64,000 nucleotides of DNA, from the NCBI GenBank assembly GCA_964252035.1, contig OZ176204.1; one strand, given 5' to 3'. Shown here piece by piece: positions 51,591 to 63,959 of the stretch. The position numbers and the translations under genes are program-made. The notes beneath the pieces were generated by a model. It was given only the letters and a program-made list of their open reading frames with translations, was not told the DNA's origin and ran no database searches. Position 1 is the stretch's first letter. Each line of letters begins with the position of its first letter. The stretch comes from Podarcis erhardii (lineage: Eukaryota).

Positions 51591-53274
51591 CTCCGAGCTC
51601 CGGAGGGAGCCTGCTCGGCAGGGGCTGGGTCCTACCGCGCCGGCAACGCGGGGACCCTCAAAAACCATGGGCGCTGAAACCCATGGACATGGTGACTCGG
51701 CTGGCACCTTTTGCGCCCCCCCGACCCGCGAAGGAGCCTTTTTAAAGGCTGCAGAACGGGTGACGGGGGTGTGTGCTTTGAGTCCTCCGCTTCCCCTGCC
51801 GAGCGAAGCCGCATGCCATTCGACGGAGAGCGCTGACTTCTTCTATTGAAAATTTGGACTTAAAAGAATAACCCGTGAGTAATTGGAACTTGGACTAAAA
51901 AGGGGGATAAATTTTTTAAAAAATTCGGAGCGAGTGGGGGAGGCGCAAAAAGGAAGTCAGCCCCCCCCCCCCCGTCGTAGAGGAGTTAAAGTAAAGGATT
52001 TGACAACTAAGATCGAGCGCAACCCTATTTTGACAAAGTTACTAACTTCGCGATGGAAAATTATAAGACTGAGCTGGAGGAGAAAAGTGGAATTGAATTA
52101 AAAAGCAAACCCCCCCCCCCCCCCCGGAATCCTGGGAGCGATTTGTGAGAGCGCCGGGAGAAGAGAAAGAGAGGTTTTGACAGCTGTCAAAGAGCTGTCA
52201 AAGCGGAAGAACAAAAATGAGAACTTTGTTACGAGGACTTTGCCGGTTACATTTGTTATAAATTGGATACAAATTGCTTAAAACAAGGAATAACAAGTTA
52301 TTTTGACTGGTGGGCATGATCTGGAAGGGAACTGAGTTATTGCAATCCACCTAGAGGAGCTGAGGGATATTACAAGTATTGTTGGCTTGGAACTTGAATA
52401 GAACTTTTTATCTCCTGGGAAACTGCAGGAATGGAACACTATTTTGTCTACAGAGGTCTACACACTAAAGGAGACAATAGATTTATCAATTGAAGAATGG
52501 AAGGGACTTGGCATAATGTTTTGTTCCTGAATAACAGAGCCTCTGCAGAGGAATTAGAAGCTTTTGGAATTAGAACATTTGTGCAGGAGAGCAGGAAAAA
52601 AAAAAGGAGGAGAGGGATTAACAAGAACAACAAGAACAACAAGAATTGGATAAAGTTGGAAGTGGGAACATTTGGGACATCCAGATTTGAAAAGTCTAAG
52701 AAATAAAATTGGAGTTTTTACTCCTAAATATAAAAATCTGGATGGAAGAAATGGGCCTTTTTGAGATAGACTCCTTCCAAGATTGGACATTCGAAATTAA
52801 AGATGACTGGTAAAGGACTATGGCCTAGATAGATGTGGGAGCTCCAGGAAGACATCAGACGTTGATGAACATTGGGAACGCAACCGGGAAAGGGGGGAGG
52901 GAAATTTGGAATCCAAAGGGTGTAAAATTATATTTGATTATCTTAATTATATTTTACAATTTTATTTTAATTAATTATATTTGATTATTTTAATCTGTAT
53001 TGTATATTAAAGGAGGGAACGCGCGGAAGGGAACAGGTCGATTTTAGGGGATGGGAAAATATTTTTAAAACTGGGCTAATGATAATAATTTCAAAATCTG
53101 GGATAAGAATTTGCTGAATTTATTTGTAAGAATTGGAATACAAGAGGGGGAGGGGAGGGGAAGTCCTGGAAAGATGTTACTGAAAATAAGATTTTAAATT
53201 GGGATGTTTTGTTCTTTTTATTTTTTATTTTGTTGTAATTGGAAATTTCTAATAAATATTATAAAAAAAAAAAA
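51552..53274 (+). mobile_element. Non-autonomous L1-derived element (about 1.72 kb) with CpG-rich 5' end, no long ORF, L1-like 3'UTR and poly(A)
   Basis: 16-bp TSD GAAATTCTAAGAAATG at 51536-51551 and 53275-53290. AATAAA followed by an A-tail at about 53251-53274. The 3' GGGGAAGTC motif is shared with the L1 3'UTRs at 56.4 and 57.3 kb. Confidence 0.8.
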
Positions 53275-53320
53275 GAAATTCTAAGAAATGAGAGGGGGGG
53301 AGAGAATGAGTTATGAAAGG

Positions 53321-53653
53321 TAAAGGTAAAGGGACCCCTGACCATTAGGTCCAGTCGTGGCCGACTCTGGGGTTGCGGTGTTCATCTCGCTTTATTGACC
53401 GAGGGAGCCGGCATACAGCTTCCAGGTCATGTGGCCAGCATGACTAAGCCGCTTCTGGCGAACCAGAGCAGCGCACGGAAATGCTGTTTACCTTCCCGCC
53501 AGAGCGGTACCTATTTATCTACTTGCACTTTGACATGCTTTCGAACTGCTAGGTTGGCAGGAGCAGGGACCGAGCAACTGGAGCTCACCCCATCGCAGGG
53601 ATTCGAACCGCCAACCTTCTGATTGGCAAGTCCTAGGCTCTGTGGTTTAACCC
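53321..53653 (-). mobile_element. Near full-length Sauria SINE
   Basis: Complete body with tRNA-like head on the minus strand. TSD TGAGTTATGAAAGG at 53307-53320 and 53654-53667. Confidence 0.95.
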
Positions 53654-53771
53654 TGAGTTATGAAAGGATAGTGTAATTTGTTAATTTTAGGCTGTGCACA
53701 GTTTTCGCTCCCACCAACCCAGGGCCCCAAACAGACAAGAAGCTGGTAAAATGCGGTCTTGACTATGCTAC

Positions 53772-54841
53772 CACTCAGTGGATTTGTAACTGGCTGACTG
53801 ACCGAGCCCAAAGGGTCTCATCAATGGTTCCTCTTCATCCTGGAGAAGAGTGACTAGTGGGGTGCCACAGGGTTCTGTCTTGGGCCCGGTCTTATTCAAC
53901 ATCTTTATCAACGACTTGGATGATGGACTCAAGGGCATCCTGATCAAATTTGCAGATGACACCAAACTGGGAGGGGTGGCTAACACCCCAGAGGACAGGA
54001 TCACACTTCAAAACGACCTTGACAGATTAGAGAACTGGGCCAAAACAAACAAGATGAATTTTAACAGGGAGAAATGTAAAGTATTGCACTTGGGCAAAAA
54101 AAAAATACAAGGCACAAATACAAGATGGGTGACACCTGGCTTGAGAGCAGTACATGTGAAAAGGATCTAGGAGTCTTGGTTGACCACAAACTTGACATGA
54201 GCCAACAGTGTGACGCGGCAGCTAAAAAAGCCAATGCAATTCTGGGCTGCATCAATAAGAGTATAGCATCTAGATCAAGGGAAGTAATAGTGCCACTGTA
54301 TTCTGCTCTGGTCAGACCTCACCTGGAGTACTGTGTCCAGTTCTGGGCACCACAGTTCAAGAAGGACACTGACAAACTGGAACGTGTCCAGAGGAGGGCA
54401 ACCAAAATGGTCAAAGGCCTGGAAATAATGCCTTATGAGGAACGGCTAAGGGAGCTGGGCATGTTTAGCCTGGAGAAGAGGAGGTTAAGGGGTGATATGA
54501 TAGCCATGTTCAAATATATAAAAGGATGTCACATAGAGGAGGGAGAAAGGTTGTTTTCTGCTGCTCCAGAGAAGTGGACACGGAGCAATGGTTCCAAGCT
54601 ACAAGAAAGAAGATTCCACCTAAACATTAGGAAGAACTTCCTGACAGTAAGAGCTGTTCGACAGTGGAATTTGCTGCCAAAGAGTGTGGTGGAGTCTCCT
54701 TCTTTGGAGGTCTTTAAGCAGAGGCTTGACAACCATATGTCAGGAGTGCTCTGATGGTGTTTCCTGCTTGGCAGGGGGTTGGACTCGATGGCCCTTGTGG
54801 TCTCTTCCAACTCTATGATTCTATGATTCTATGATTCTATG
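53772..54841 (+). mobile_element. CR1 LINE, 5'-truncated, frameshifted in an A-run at about 54095-54105
   Basis: Nearly the same sequence as the 5.05-6.06 kb copy, with an (ATTCTATG)n tail. Confidence 0.97.
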
Positions 54842-56322
54842 CTTCTGCCTCTGACTGTCAGGCTATCTTTTTTTGGTGGGGTGGGGAGGCTGCTCTACCC
54901 AGGAATCCCAAAGAATGAAAAAATTATTGTAAGTTCTGCTTCCCCTTTCTCCAGTGGTTTCAGGTTTATTCATTTATTTGGTTTGATTTATAAATCCTCC
55001 CTTCTGCATACAGATAGACAAATCCATTTAAACATAAAACAGCCATTTAAAATTATTCATAGCACATCAAACGATGCAGTGGGTGAGGTACACAGTTGCA
55101 GCTGACCACTTCACTTAACTGCTTCCAAATGCCTGAATAAAAATATGCATTTTAAAATGGTACCAAAACTCATGTGAAGTTTCTGAAAAGAAGGCATTCC
55201 AGAGAAGGAGTGCTACTACAGAGAAAGTTTCATGCCACTATCACACAATGCACTTCTCCTGGTGGCTATTTGTAAGCCCAGCACTGGCTGAGACATTCCA
55301 GTTCCTGCAGTCAGATTTTACCTATCATGCTAATCTCCGCTGTATGGATAATCACTCTGTGGATCCTAAGCGGGAACAGCTGAACCAGGTGTCTTGGCTA
55401 AAACGTGTATGTGTATATATTTATTTGGCAGGCTACCCATTTGAAATAATGGAGATAGAGAATCCACTCTGACTCATTGATGAGCCAGTCTGCTGTGTTA
55501 ATCTCAGTCATCCCTCCTACGCGCACTGCTTGAAAATGTAGTAAAATTTATCACCACCTTGATTATGATCTTGCGGACTTCCAGTTGGAGAATGAAAGAC
55601 GTCATGTTTCTCTGGTGAATAAATAATATAGGATTTGTCAAAATGGATGAGAATTGTTAACTCATTGATACCATTCAGAGAAGGCCCAGAATGCTAACCT
55701 GCTTACCCTCACAGTCTGTTAACTAATCCTTTCTTGGCTGTGCATCTGGCTTCTGAAGTCAGGATGCTTTGCTAATGTGGTAGTTATCAAGCCTAAGGAG
55801 AACACTCTGTGGGCCTCTCTGGGAGCCACTATGACAACTGTTGTTGATAATAGACACCAATATAGTGATGAGTAAATATCCTTGTTATGCCCTCCAGTGG
55901 TAAGGAGTTTTGAACCTTACCAGTTCAAAGGTTACACAGACTCCAGTGAACACACTGGTACCAAACACAATATCCCCATAATTCAGAAGTGCTTGCTAGT
56001 TATAGCTGTAGCACTGTGGAGACATTAGCAGTTCACCTGAGCTCAAGGCATGGACAAGTGACAGAACCTGGGGTCTCTGAGGAGAAAGCAAAATCCTTCT
56101 TCCTCTCATCATCACCTTATAGGACATGCAAATATTCTTCTCTTTCTGGCTTGTCTGCTTTTTGAGCTTTTCCCCAGTTCTTTCCCCTAGCCAGTTCCTC
56201 TTCCTGGGATGTCCATCCTCTCCTTCTTCAACCTTTCTCTCTCGAGACTATCTTGGGTGTCTGGGGAGGTGCATTGGTACTCTGCATGTGGTGACCGTTG
56301 TTGGCTTCCACTTCTAGTCTCC

Positions 56323-57218
56323 TTTTTTTTTTTTATTAAAATTTTTATTACATTTTCCATTTACAGAAAAAAGAAAAAAGAAAAAGAAAAAGCGATCCAA
56401 CTTTCAAAATGCATTTTTACATTGTTAACTGGACTTCCCCACATCTCCCTCACCCTGCGTTCCTTACAATAAACATGTCAGCAAATTATTACCTTATTTC
56501 GTGTCTTATTTGTATCTTTCAAAATATTTTACTTCTAGATTTAAAGTACCTTTTTTCAAATATTTATGCCTTAGAATAATACATAAAATAACTTTAAATT
56601 TCACCTTTTTCTTACTTATAACTTAATTTTCTATTTTCCCAATCTAGTTGCAGGGGCAAAAATTTCCAAATCATGCAGATTCTTAACATTCATACAACTT
56701 ATAATGTTTTTGTAAATAGTCCTTAAATTTTTTCCAGTCTTCTTCCGTTGTCTCTTCTCCCAAATCTCGAATCCTGCCAGTCATTTCTGCCAATTCCATA
56801 TAGTCCATCAACTGCATCTGCCACTCTTCCAGCGTGGGAAGATCTTGTATCTTCCAAACTTTTGCAATAAGTATTCTTGCTGCTGTAGTTGCATACATAA
56901 AAAATGTTCTGTCCTTCTTTAACACCTTTTGGTCCACTATGCCCAGGAGGAAGGCCTCTGGTTTCTTAGGAAAGGTGTACCTAAACACCTTTTTTAACTC
57001 ATTGTAAATCATTTCCCAGAAGGCCTTCACTTTTGGACACGTCCACCAAAGGTGAAAGAATGTCCCCTCAGCCTCCTTACGTTTCCAACATTTATTATCA
57101 GATCGATGGTAAATTTTTGCTAGCTTGACTGGGGTCATGTACCACCTATATATCATTTTCATAATATTCTCTTTCAAGGCATTGCATGCCGTGAATCTCA
57201 TTCCAGTGGTCCATAACC
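56323..57218 (-). mobile_element. L1 subfamily A: ORF2 C-terminus (56683-57201), 3'UTR and poly(A)
   Basis: Zinc-knuckle region CWK...GTFFHLWWTCP, with poly(T) on the + strand at 56323-56334. Confidence 0.93.
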
Positions 57219-59458
57219 TTTTTTTTTTTTTAAATAATTTTTATTAATTTTACAACATAAACAAAAAACAAACAAACATAACACGACTTCCCCAAACCTC
57301 CCCTTCACTGCATTCTTGTTTTAAAATTTTTTAGCAATCCTTCATCCCTTTTTATATTTAATTCTCTCTAAAGTTTTTTAAGTTTCAATTTTTACAGCTG
57401 TAATTCTTTATATCCAATCCCTTGACATCTTAACGTTCCGAAATTTTACAACAATTTTTGAGATAGATTTTGAATTTTTTCCAGTCTTCTTCCACTGTCT
57501 CTCTCCTCTGGTCACGGATTCTGCCAGTCATCTCTGCCAGTCCCATAAATTCAGTCACCTTGGTCTGCCATTCTTCCAGAGTAGGTAATTCTTTAGTCTT
57601 CCAATACTTTGCCAAAAGAATTCTTGCTGCTGTTGTTGCGTACATAAAAAATGTTCTGTCTTTCTTTGGAACCATTTGGCCTACCATGCCCAAGAGAAAA
57701 GCCTCCGGTTTCTTTACAAATGTCCACTTAAGGATTTTCTTAATTTCATTATAGATCATTTCCCAGTAGGCCTTAATCTTCGGGCAGGTCCACCAAAGAT
57801 GATAAAAAGTTCCTTCACATTCATTACACTTCCAGCAGTTGTTATTGGGCAAATGATATATCTTTGCAAGCTTGACTGGGGTCATGTACCACCTATAGAT
57901 CATTTTCATTATATTCTCTTTTAAGGCACTACATGCCGTAAATTTAATACCTGTGGTCCATAACCTTTCCCAGTCTTCAAACATAATGTTGTACCCAATA
58001 TCCTGAGCCCATTTTGTCATGGCTGATTTGACTATCTCATCCTGAGTGTTCCATTTAAGCAGCAAGTTATACATTCTCGAAAGTACCTTAGTCTTAGGTT
58101 CTAACAGTTCTGTCTCTAGTTTCGATTTTTCCACCTGGAATCCTGTTTTTTTGTCAGACTTAAAGACTTCTTGAATTTGAGCATAATGAAACCAATCTTG
58201 CACCCTATTCTTTAATTTTTCGAAGCTCTGCAGTCTCCAGTTGTCTCCTATTTTTTCTATCATTTCCCAATATTTGGGCCATCCGACCTCCATATTGAGT
58301 CTTTTTCTAGCCTTGGCCTCCACTGGTGATAACCACCTCGGGGTTTTACTCTCTAATAAGTCTTTATATTTTGTCCAGACCGCGAATATGGCTTTTCTGA
58401 CAATATGGTTTTTGAACATTTTATGAACCTTTACCTTGTCGTACCACAAATATGCATGCCACCCAAAAGCATTGTCATACCCTTCCAAATCCAAGACATC
58501 AGTGTTCTCAAGTAATAACCACTCTTTCATCCAGCAGAAAGCCACAGCTTCATATTATAACCTTAAATCTGGCAGGGCAAACCCCCCTCTCTCTTTGGCA
58601 TCCGTTAGTATTTTAAATTTTATTCGGGGCTTTTTGCCCTGCCAGACAAACCTAGAAATATCTTTCTGCCACTTCCCAAAACACTCCACTCTGTCTATGA
58701 TCTGTAGGGTCTGAAACAAAAATAACATCTTCGGCAATACATTCATTTTTATAGCTGCAATTCGGCCCATCAAGGAAAGTTTCAATCTTGACCAGATCTC
58801 TAAATCTTTCTTAATTTCTGACCAACATTTTTCATAATTATCTTTAAACAAATTCAGATTTTTGGCAGACAGGTTTACCCCTAGGTATTTTACTTTTTTA
58901 ACAACATTTAATTCTGTCTCTTTCTGAAACTCATCTATTTCCAAAGATGTCAAGTTTTTCTCCAAAACCTTAGTTTTTTGCTTGTTCAGTTTGAACCCTG
59001 CTACCCGACCAAATTCATGAATTAACTCTAACACTCTCTTCATACTAGATTCTGGCTCCTGTAATGTTAAAACCAAGTCATCTGCGAAAGCTTTCAGTTT
59101 GAATTGTTTCGCTCCGACCTGTATTCCTTGTACCAACCGGTCTTCCCTAATCATGTTCAAAAGCACCTCCAGAACTGAAATAAATAACAGAGGGGATAGG
59201 GGGCACCCTTGTCGTGTTCCTTTTTCAATTTTAAATTCTTCTGTCACCACATTGTTTACAATTAACTTTGCTTTCTGCTCTGAATAAATTGCTTCTATTC
59301 CATTTTCAAACCCCCGTCCCACTCCCATCCCTTCCAAATTTTTCTTCATAAATCTCCAAGCAATATTGTCAAAGGCTTTCTCCGCGTCAACAAAGATTAA
59401 CACTGATTTTGTATTAATGTTGGTTTGCAAAAGTTCCAGAATGTCAATAATATTCCTA
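57219..59458 (-). mobile_element. L1 subfamily B: 5'-truncated ORF2 (RT to C-terminus) with one in-frame stop, own 3'UTR and poly(A)
   Basis: DAEKAFD, GTRQGCPLSPLLF and FADD motifs. ORFs 58555-59520 and 57430-58545 are in the same frame (LPDLRL*YEAVAFCW). Poly(T) at 57219-57231. Confidence 0.96.
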
Positions 59459-62037
59459 GTGTTGTCCTGACCCCTCTTTTCCTCTGCTGTTCTCCTTCTG
59501 GTTTCAGGGACTCCCTCCACACCACTTTAGCCTCATATTCCCCACCTGCAGGTGACAACTCCCCACAGATTTGACCAGAGCTGATTTTTGATCCAGTGAT
59601 GGGCGCCCAGTACCAGCCACATGTACTGACATCAGCCAATAAATCCTATCCCCATGTGCTCTTGCTCTTCATTCAGTGGCAGCCATGGGAAGAGTCCTTC
59701 ACCTACTGGGAAGGCTGACAGCACTCCACGGCCTACCTCTGTAGTCATATTTGCTTTAACATCCCAAACTAGAAATGAGATAAGAACTCTCTGAAAACAG
59801 CCATGTGAAACCCAGAACAATTACTCCTGTCAGAAGACAATCATGTCTGGTGGTTGACCTGGTATAATATCCACAAATGGTCAAAGTCCTGGTCAGTGTT
59901 TCACTACTGGACGTTGTCATCAGCAGTGCAATTTTGTTATGAATCTAGCATTTCTCATATCTGTGTGGAGGAAAAAGAGCTCTCAAGCTGGTTGGGAAAA
60001 AATGAAGTAGTGGTCTCTGAGACAGGCAAAACAGGCCTCTTCCCTGGACAATACCTAAGAAGATATTGTTTGGGTAGGGAAAAACTTGCCTCTTGCGCCC
60101 AAGAGGGTGCCATAAACTTAACAAAAACTTGCATGAACACCCTCAGAACTGAAAAAAAGATAACTGGAAATCTTCTGAAGTGGAAATATTTAAGGAGACT
60201 GCTTTTGAAGGATCAACAGATGCCACAGTGATCTTAATCCTGGCACCACTACTGTCACTCTAGGATGAAACACTCTTTAATCATTGATTCCTCTTCAAAT
60301 GAGCCACTTCAGGCTTAAAAGGGTTGAATATTGCCATTCTTGAGGGTCCTATAATTTACCATTTAGTGTCTTTGAGACACCTTGCTTTAGCCTTCTGCAG
60401 CTGTGAGGACAATGAAATGATTGGCTGGCATTAGGGACAGAAACCTAATGCTTGTAAATACAGTAAAACTGCCTTTGGGCAATTTGGCAACTGCAAGGCA
60501 TAGCGTTGGAGGTGGTCTTCTGTTCCCACTGATCAGATATTGTCTGAGGTAATTTCTGCTCAAGGTGCTTATTTTGAAGCCAGGAATTGCACTGTATATT
60601 TGTGTGACTTCATGAACCACTCTTGTTTCTTTTATTCAAGAAGGGTGATGAGAAAAATGCTAACATGTTGGTAGTATACAGATTTGCTTTCATTTAATGG
60701 AAATGTATCCTCACCTACATGGGCCAAGCCCATACCTGAAAGAGTGCCTCTCTCTTGCAAAAGACATATAAGCTGCTGAAGTAAAATTCAAACCATGTCA
60801 CAAAAGCTCAGATACGAGCCACACCAGAAACCTGTCTGTTAGTCAGGGCTGCCCAGGTTGCTCATAGGAAACCACTGTTGGTGCACACCCTATCTCTCAG
60901 CCAAGAGAAGGTACTTCTCAAAAGTAAAGACTGCCAAACCAGTGAAGTAGTTCACACTGTTACTTTTTCTTGATTAAAAAACAACACTGAATCTATGTGC
61001 CCACTGATGTGCAAACAGACACAGCTGTGCTGCTTTGCTTGTCTGACTTATTAGTTTAATAATCATGGAAGTGACTCCTAAAAACTGAATAGGTTTCTTG
61101 TTTCGTTTTTTTTTAATTATAATAATAATTGCAACCATTGGTGCAAGAAAATGTTTCTCCTGCTACAATCTCCTGTTCTTCTGTCACAATTAATCGATTT
61201 TCGACTGTAGATGCATACTTTATTAATGTTGTTGATGTGGAAGCACTTGTTAGTGCTATTAAAATATATTTATAGGTACAGACAGTACCCAAGAACTTAC
61301 TGCACTTGCTAATTTAAACCAGTAGGCAGCTTAATTTGACAGGTATTAATCTGGGATGCAAAAGGGTCACTCAGCGAAAAATGTTGTATTTGGAAGCCAA
61401 TGAAACTGCTCAGAATCACCTTCCCCATTTAAAGCTATGCTTAAAATAGTTACAGACTCTTGGACGTGCAAATTAGCATTTTGTGTTGATGCAAAAACTA
61501 CTTCTTTGCCACTCTGGGCGGTTTCCAACAAAGTATTAAAATACTTTATTTTTTTTTAAAAAAGACCTATGACTCTCATTCAGAAAAAAATGTTATGCTT
61601 AGGTCCCACCTGATGCCCTTTTAAATGTGTTGTGGAAGGAAGGGATTACAGTCGTCCCTTGGTTGTCGAACTTAATCCATTCCAGGAGTCCGTTTGACTC
61701 CTGAAATGGTTCAAAAACCAAGGCGCAGCTTCCAGTTGACTTCAGGAGCCTCCTGCATTCAATCAGAAGCCGCATAGGACTTTCGGTTTCTGAAAAACGT
61801 TCTCATACCAGTACACTCATTTCTGGCTTTGCAACATTCAGGAGCCAAAACGTCCGAGTACCAAGGCATTCGACAACCAAAGTACGACTGTATTGGTTTG
61901 TTGTTCTTAGCTTTACAATGTATTTGTGGTTTTCATATTGTAATTTTATGTTGTGAACCACCCTGAGATCTGTGGATGAAGGGTGGTATACAAGCAACAA
62001 CAACAACACTAATAAGGGCTGAGTGAGTTAATAACAA

Positions 62038-62445
62038 GTTATTATTATTATTATTTATACCCCGCCCATCTGACTGGGTTTCCCCAGCCACTCTGGGCGG
62101 CTCCCAACCGGATATGAAAAACACAATACAGCATTAAACATTAAAATCTTCCCTAAACAGGGCTGCCTTCAGATGTCTTTTAAAAGTAAGATAGTTGCTT
62201 ATTTCCTTGACATCTGATGGGAGGGCATTCCACAGGGTGGATGTCACTACCGTGAAGGCCCTCTGCCTGGTTTCCTGTAACCTCGCAATGAGGGAACCGC
62301 CAGAAGGCCCTCGACGCTGGTCCTCAGTCCCCAGATGGGGGTGGAGACACTTCTTCAGGTATACAGGACTGAGGTCATTTAGGGCTTTAAAGGTCAGCAC
62401 CAACACTTTGAATTGTGCTCAGGAACGTACTGGGAACCAATGTAG
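62038..62445 (-). mobile_element. L2 3' fragment with (TAA)n tail
   Basis: VLTFKALND...LWNALPSDVKEISNYLTFKRHLKAALFREDFNV, the same family as the 31.7-34.0 kb copy. Confidence 0.92.
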
Positions 62446-63959
62446 TTACCTTGTCTCATTGATTTTATTTGGAGTCAAGTGTGGGTAAGACTGTGCACAC
62501 TTATGTTCTGAACTCCACTGAATGACATACTTCAAAGTTAACATCCATAAGTTTAGCCTGTACCTTTCTGGGTTCAGAGCTCCCTGTTTATAATTCCCAC
62601 AAATATATATTTTTGGTAACGCTATCCTAAATTTTCATCCATCTCTCAAGAGAGGACTTTCTGAAATGAGTTTCTAGTCTCAGATGAGACCTTGCAGTTT
62701 TTCCTTTGACCTTAAATAATTGAACACTTTAGATGTTTTTGATGGAGCTTTAAACATTCAATACATTTTAACTAGTCTTGAAATGTGTCATATTTTACTT
62801 TCATACTCTTCCATCTGTGGTCAGAGGTCATGTCTGAAGATAAAACTGTATTGTAATTTCAATGCATTTTAATATAGCTTTTAAGATTCAGGTGTGTGGT
62901 TTTTTTTAAAAAAGGGTATCAGTTGCTATTGGAGTGCATTAAAACATGGGAAATATTTCTAAACTTGCTATACCAGCAAAAAAAAGGAAAATAAGGGGGG
63001 GGGGGTAACAGCACATATGTACATAATGCTATACCAGTGTAACATTACAAAGCATATTATAAAGCATAGGGTGGCAAACAACATAATGGCAGCAATGTTT
63101 GTTTGTTTGTTATTTCTCACCCACCCTTCATCAAACCATCCCAGGGCCAGATTACAGTCCAATTAAACAAACAATTTTAATTAAACTGAGAACAGGTGTA
63201 ACCATGGCATAAAACTAAAAAAATCTAAGTTATAAAACCTGCATGGAGCCCTCAGTGATTTTTCATTGCATCAGCTAGCTAACGTCACACAGAAATTAAT
63301 ATTCCACAAACAGCCTGGGCAAACAGGTATTCTATCTGGTGCTGAAACAGGAACATTTAGCAGCAGCAGTTGTATATGCAAGAGGAGGGCATCCCATAGT
63401 CAGGCCACTACCACAGAGAGGGCCTGAGCCTGTGTCACCACACAGTGCTCTTCCCCTGGTGATGGAATAACAAGGAGAGCCTCCTATCACTTTAAAAAAA
63501 GAGTGCATATAGATAGAACATACAAAACAATGATGTTATACAACAGTATGCAATATAAAGATGTAAGAGTTCTCTTGTTCTGGATCAGTTGTTCATCATT
63601 CCCACTCTTTCTAGGCACCTACAGATCGTGATGTCTCAAAAGAAAATAGTACTTCCTTAGAAACTGAGGTGAATAACTTGAAGTAAATGATGTTTTCAGG
63701 GGCAAGTCCCCAGGTCCTCTCTGTTCAAAGCTAAGAGCGAAATTTCTTCACTTTCCTGAGCCATGTTTCTGATCATGGAGATCAATGCAATGCAACAAAG
63801 CATTGTGTTTCATGACACTTTTGGAAATAAAGACAAGTCTGAGTTGGAGGTGGGGGATTGGTCACCACATTTTAGATGTGACATCCTTTCATCCATTCTG
63901 AGTTCAAGTTCTTGCCCTATTGCAAGAAAAGACTCTATATTTGCCTCTGTACCAGTCAT

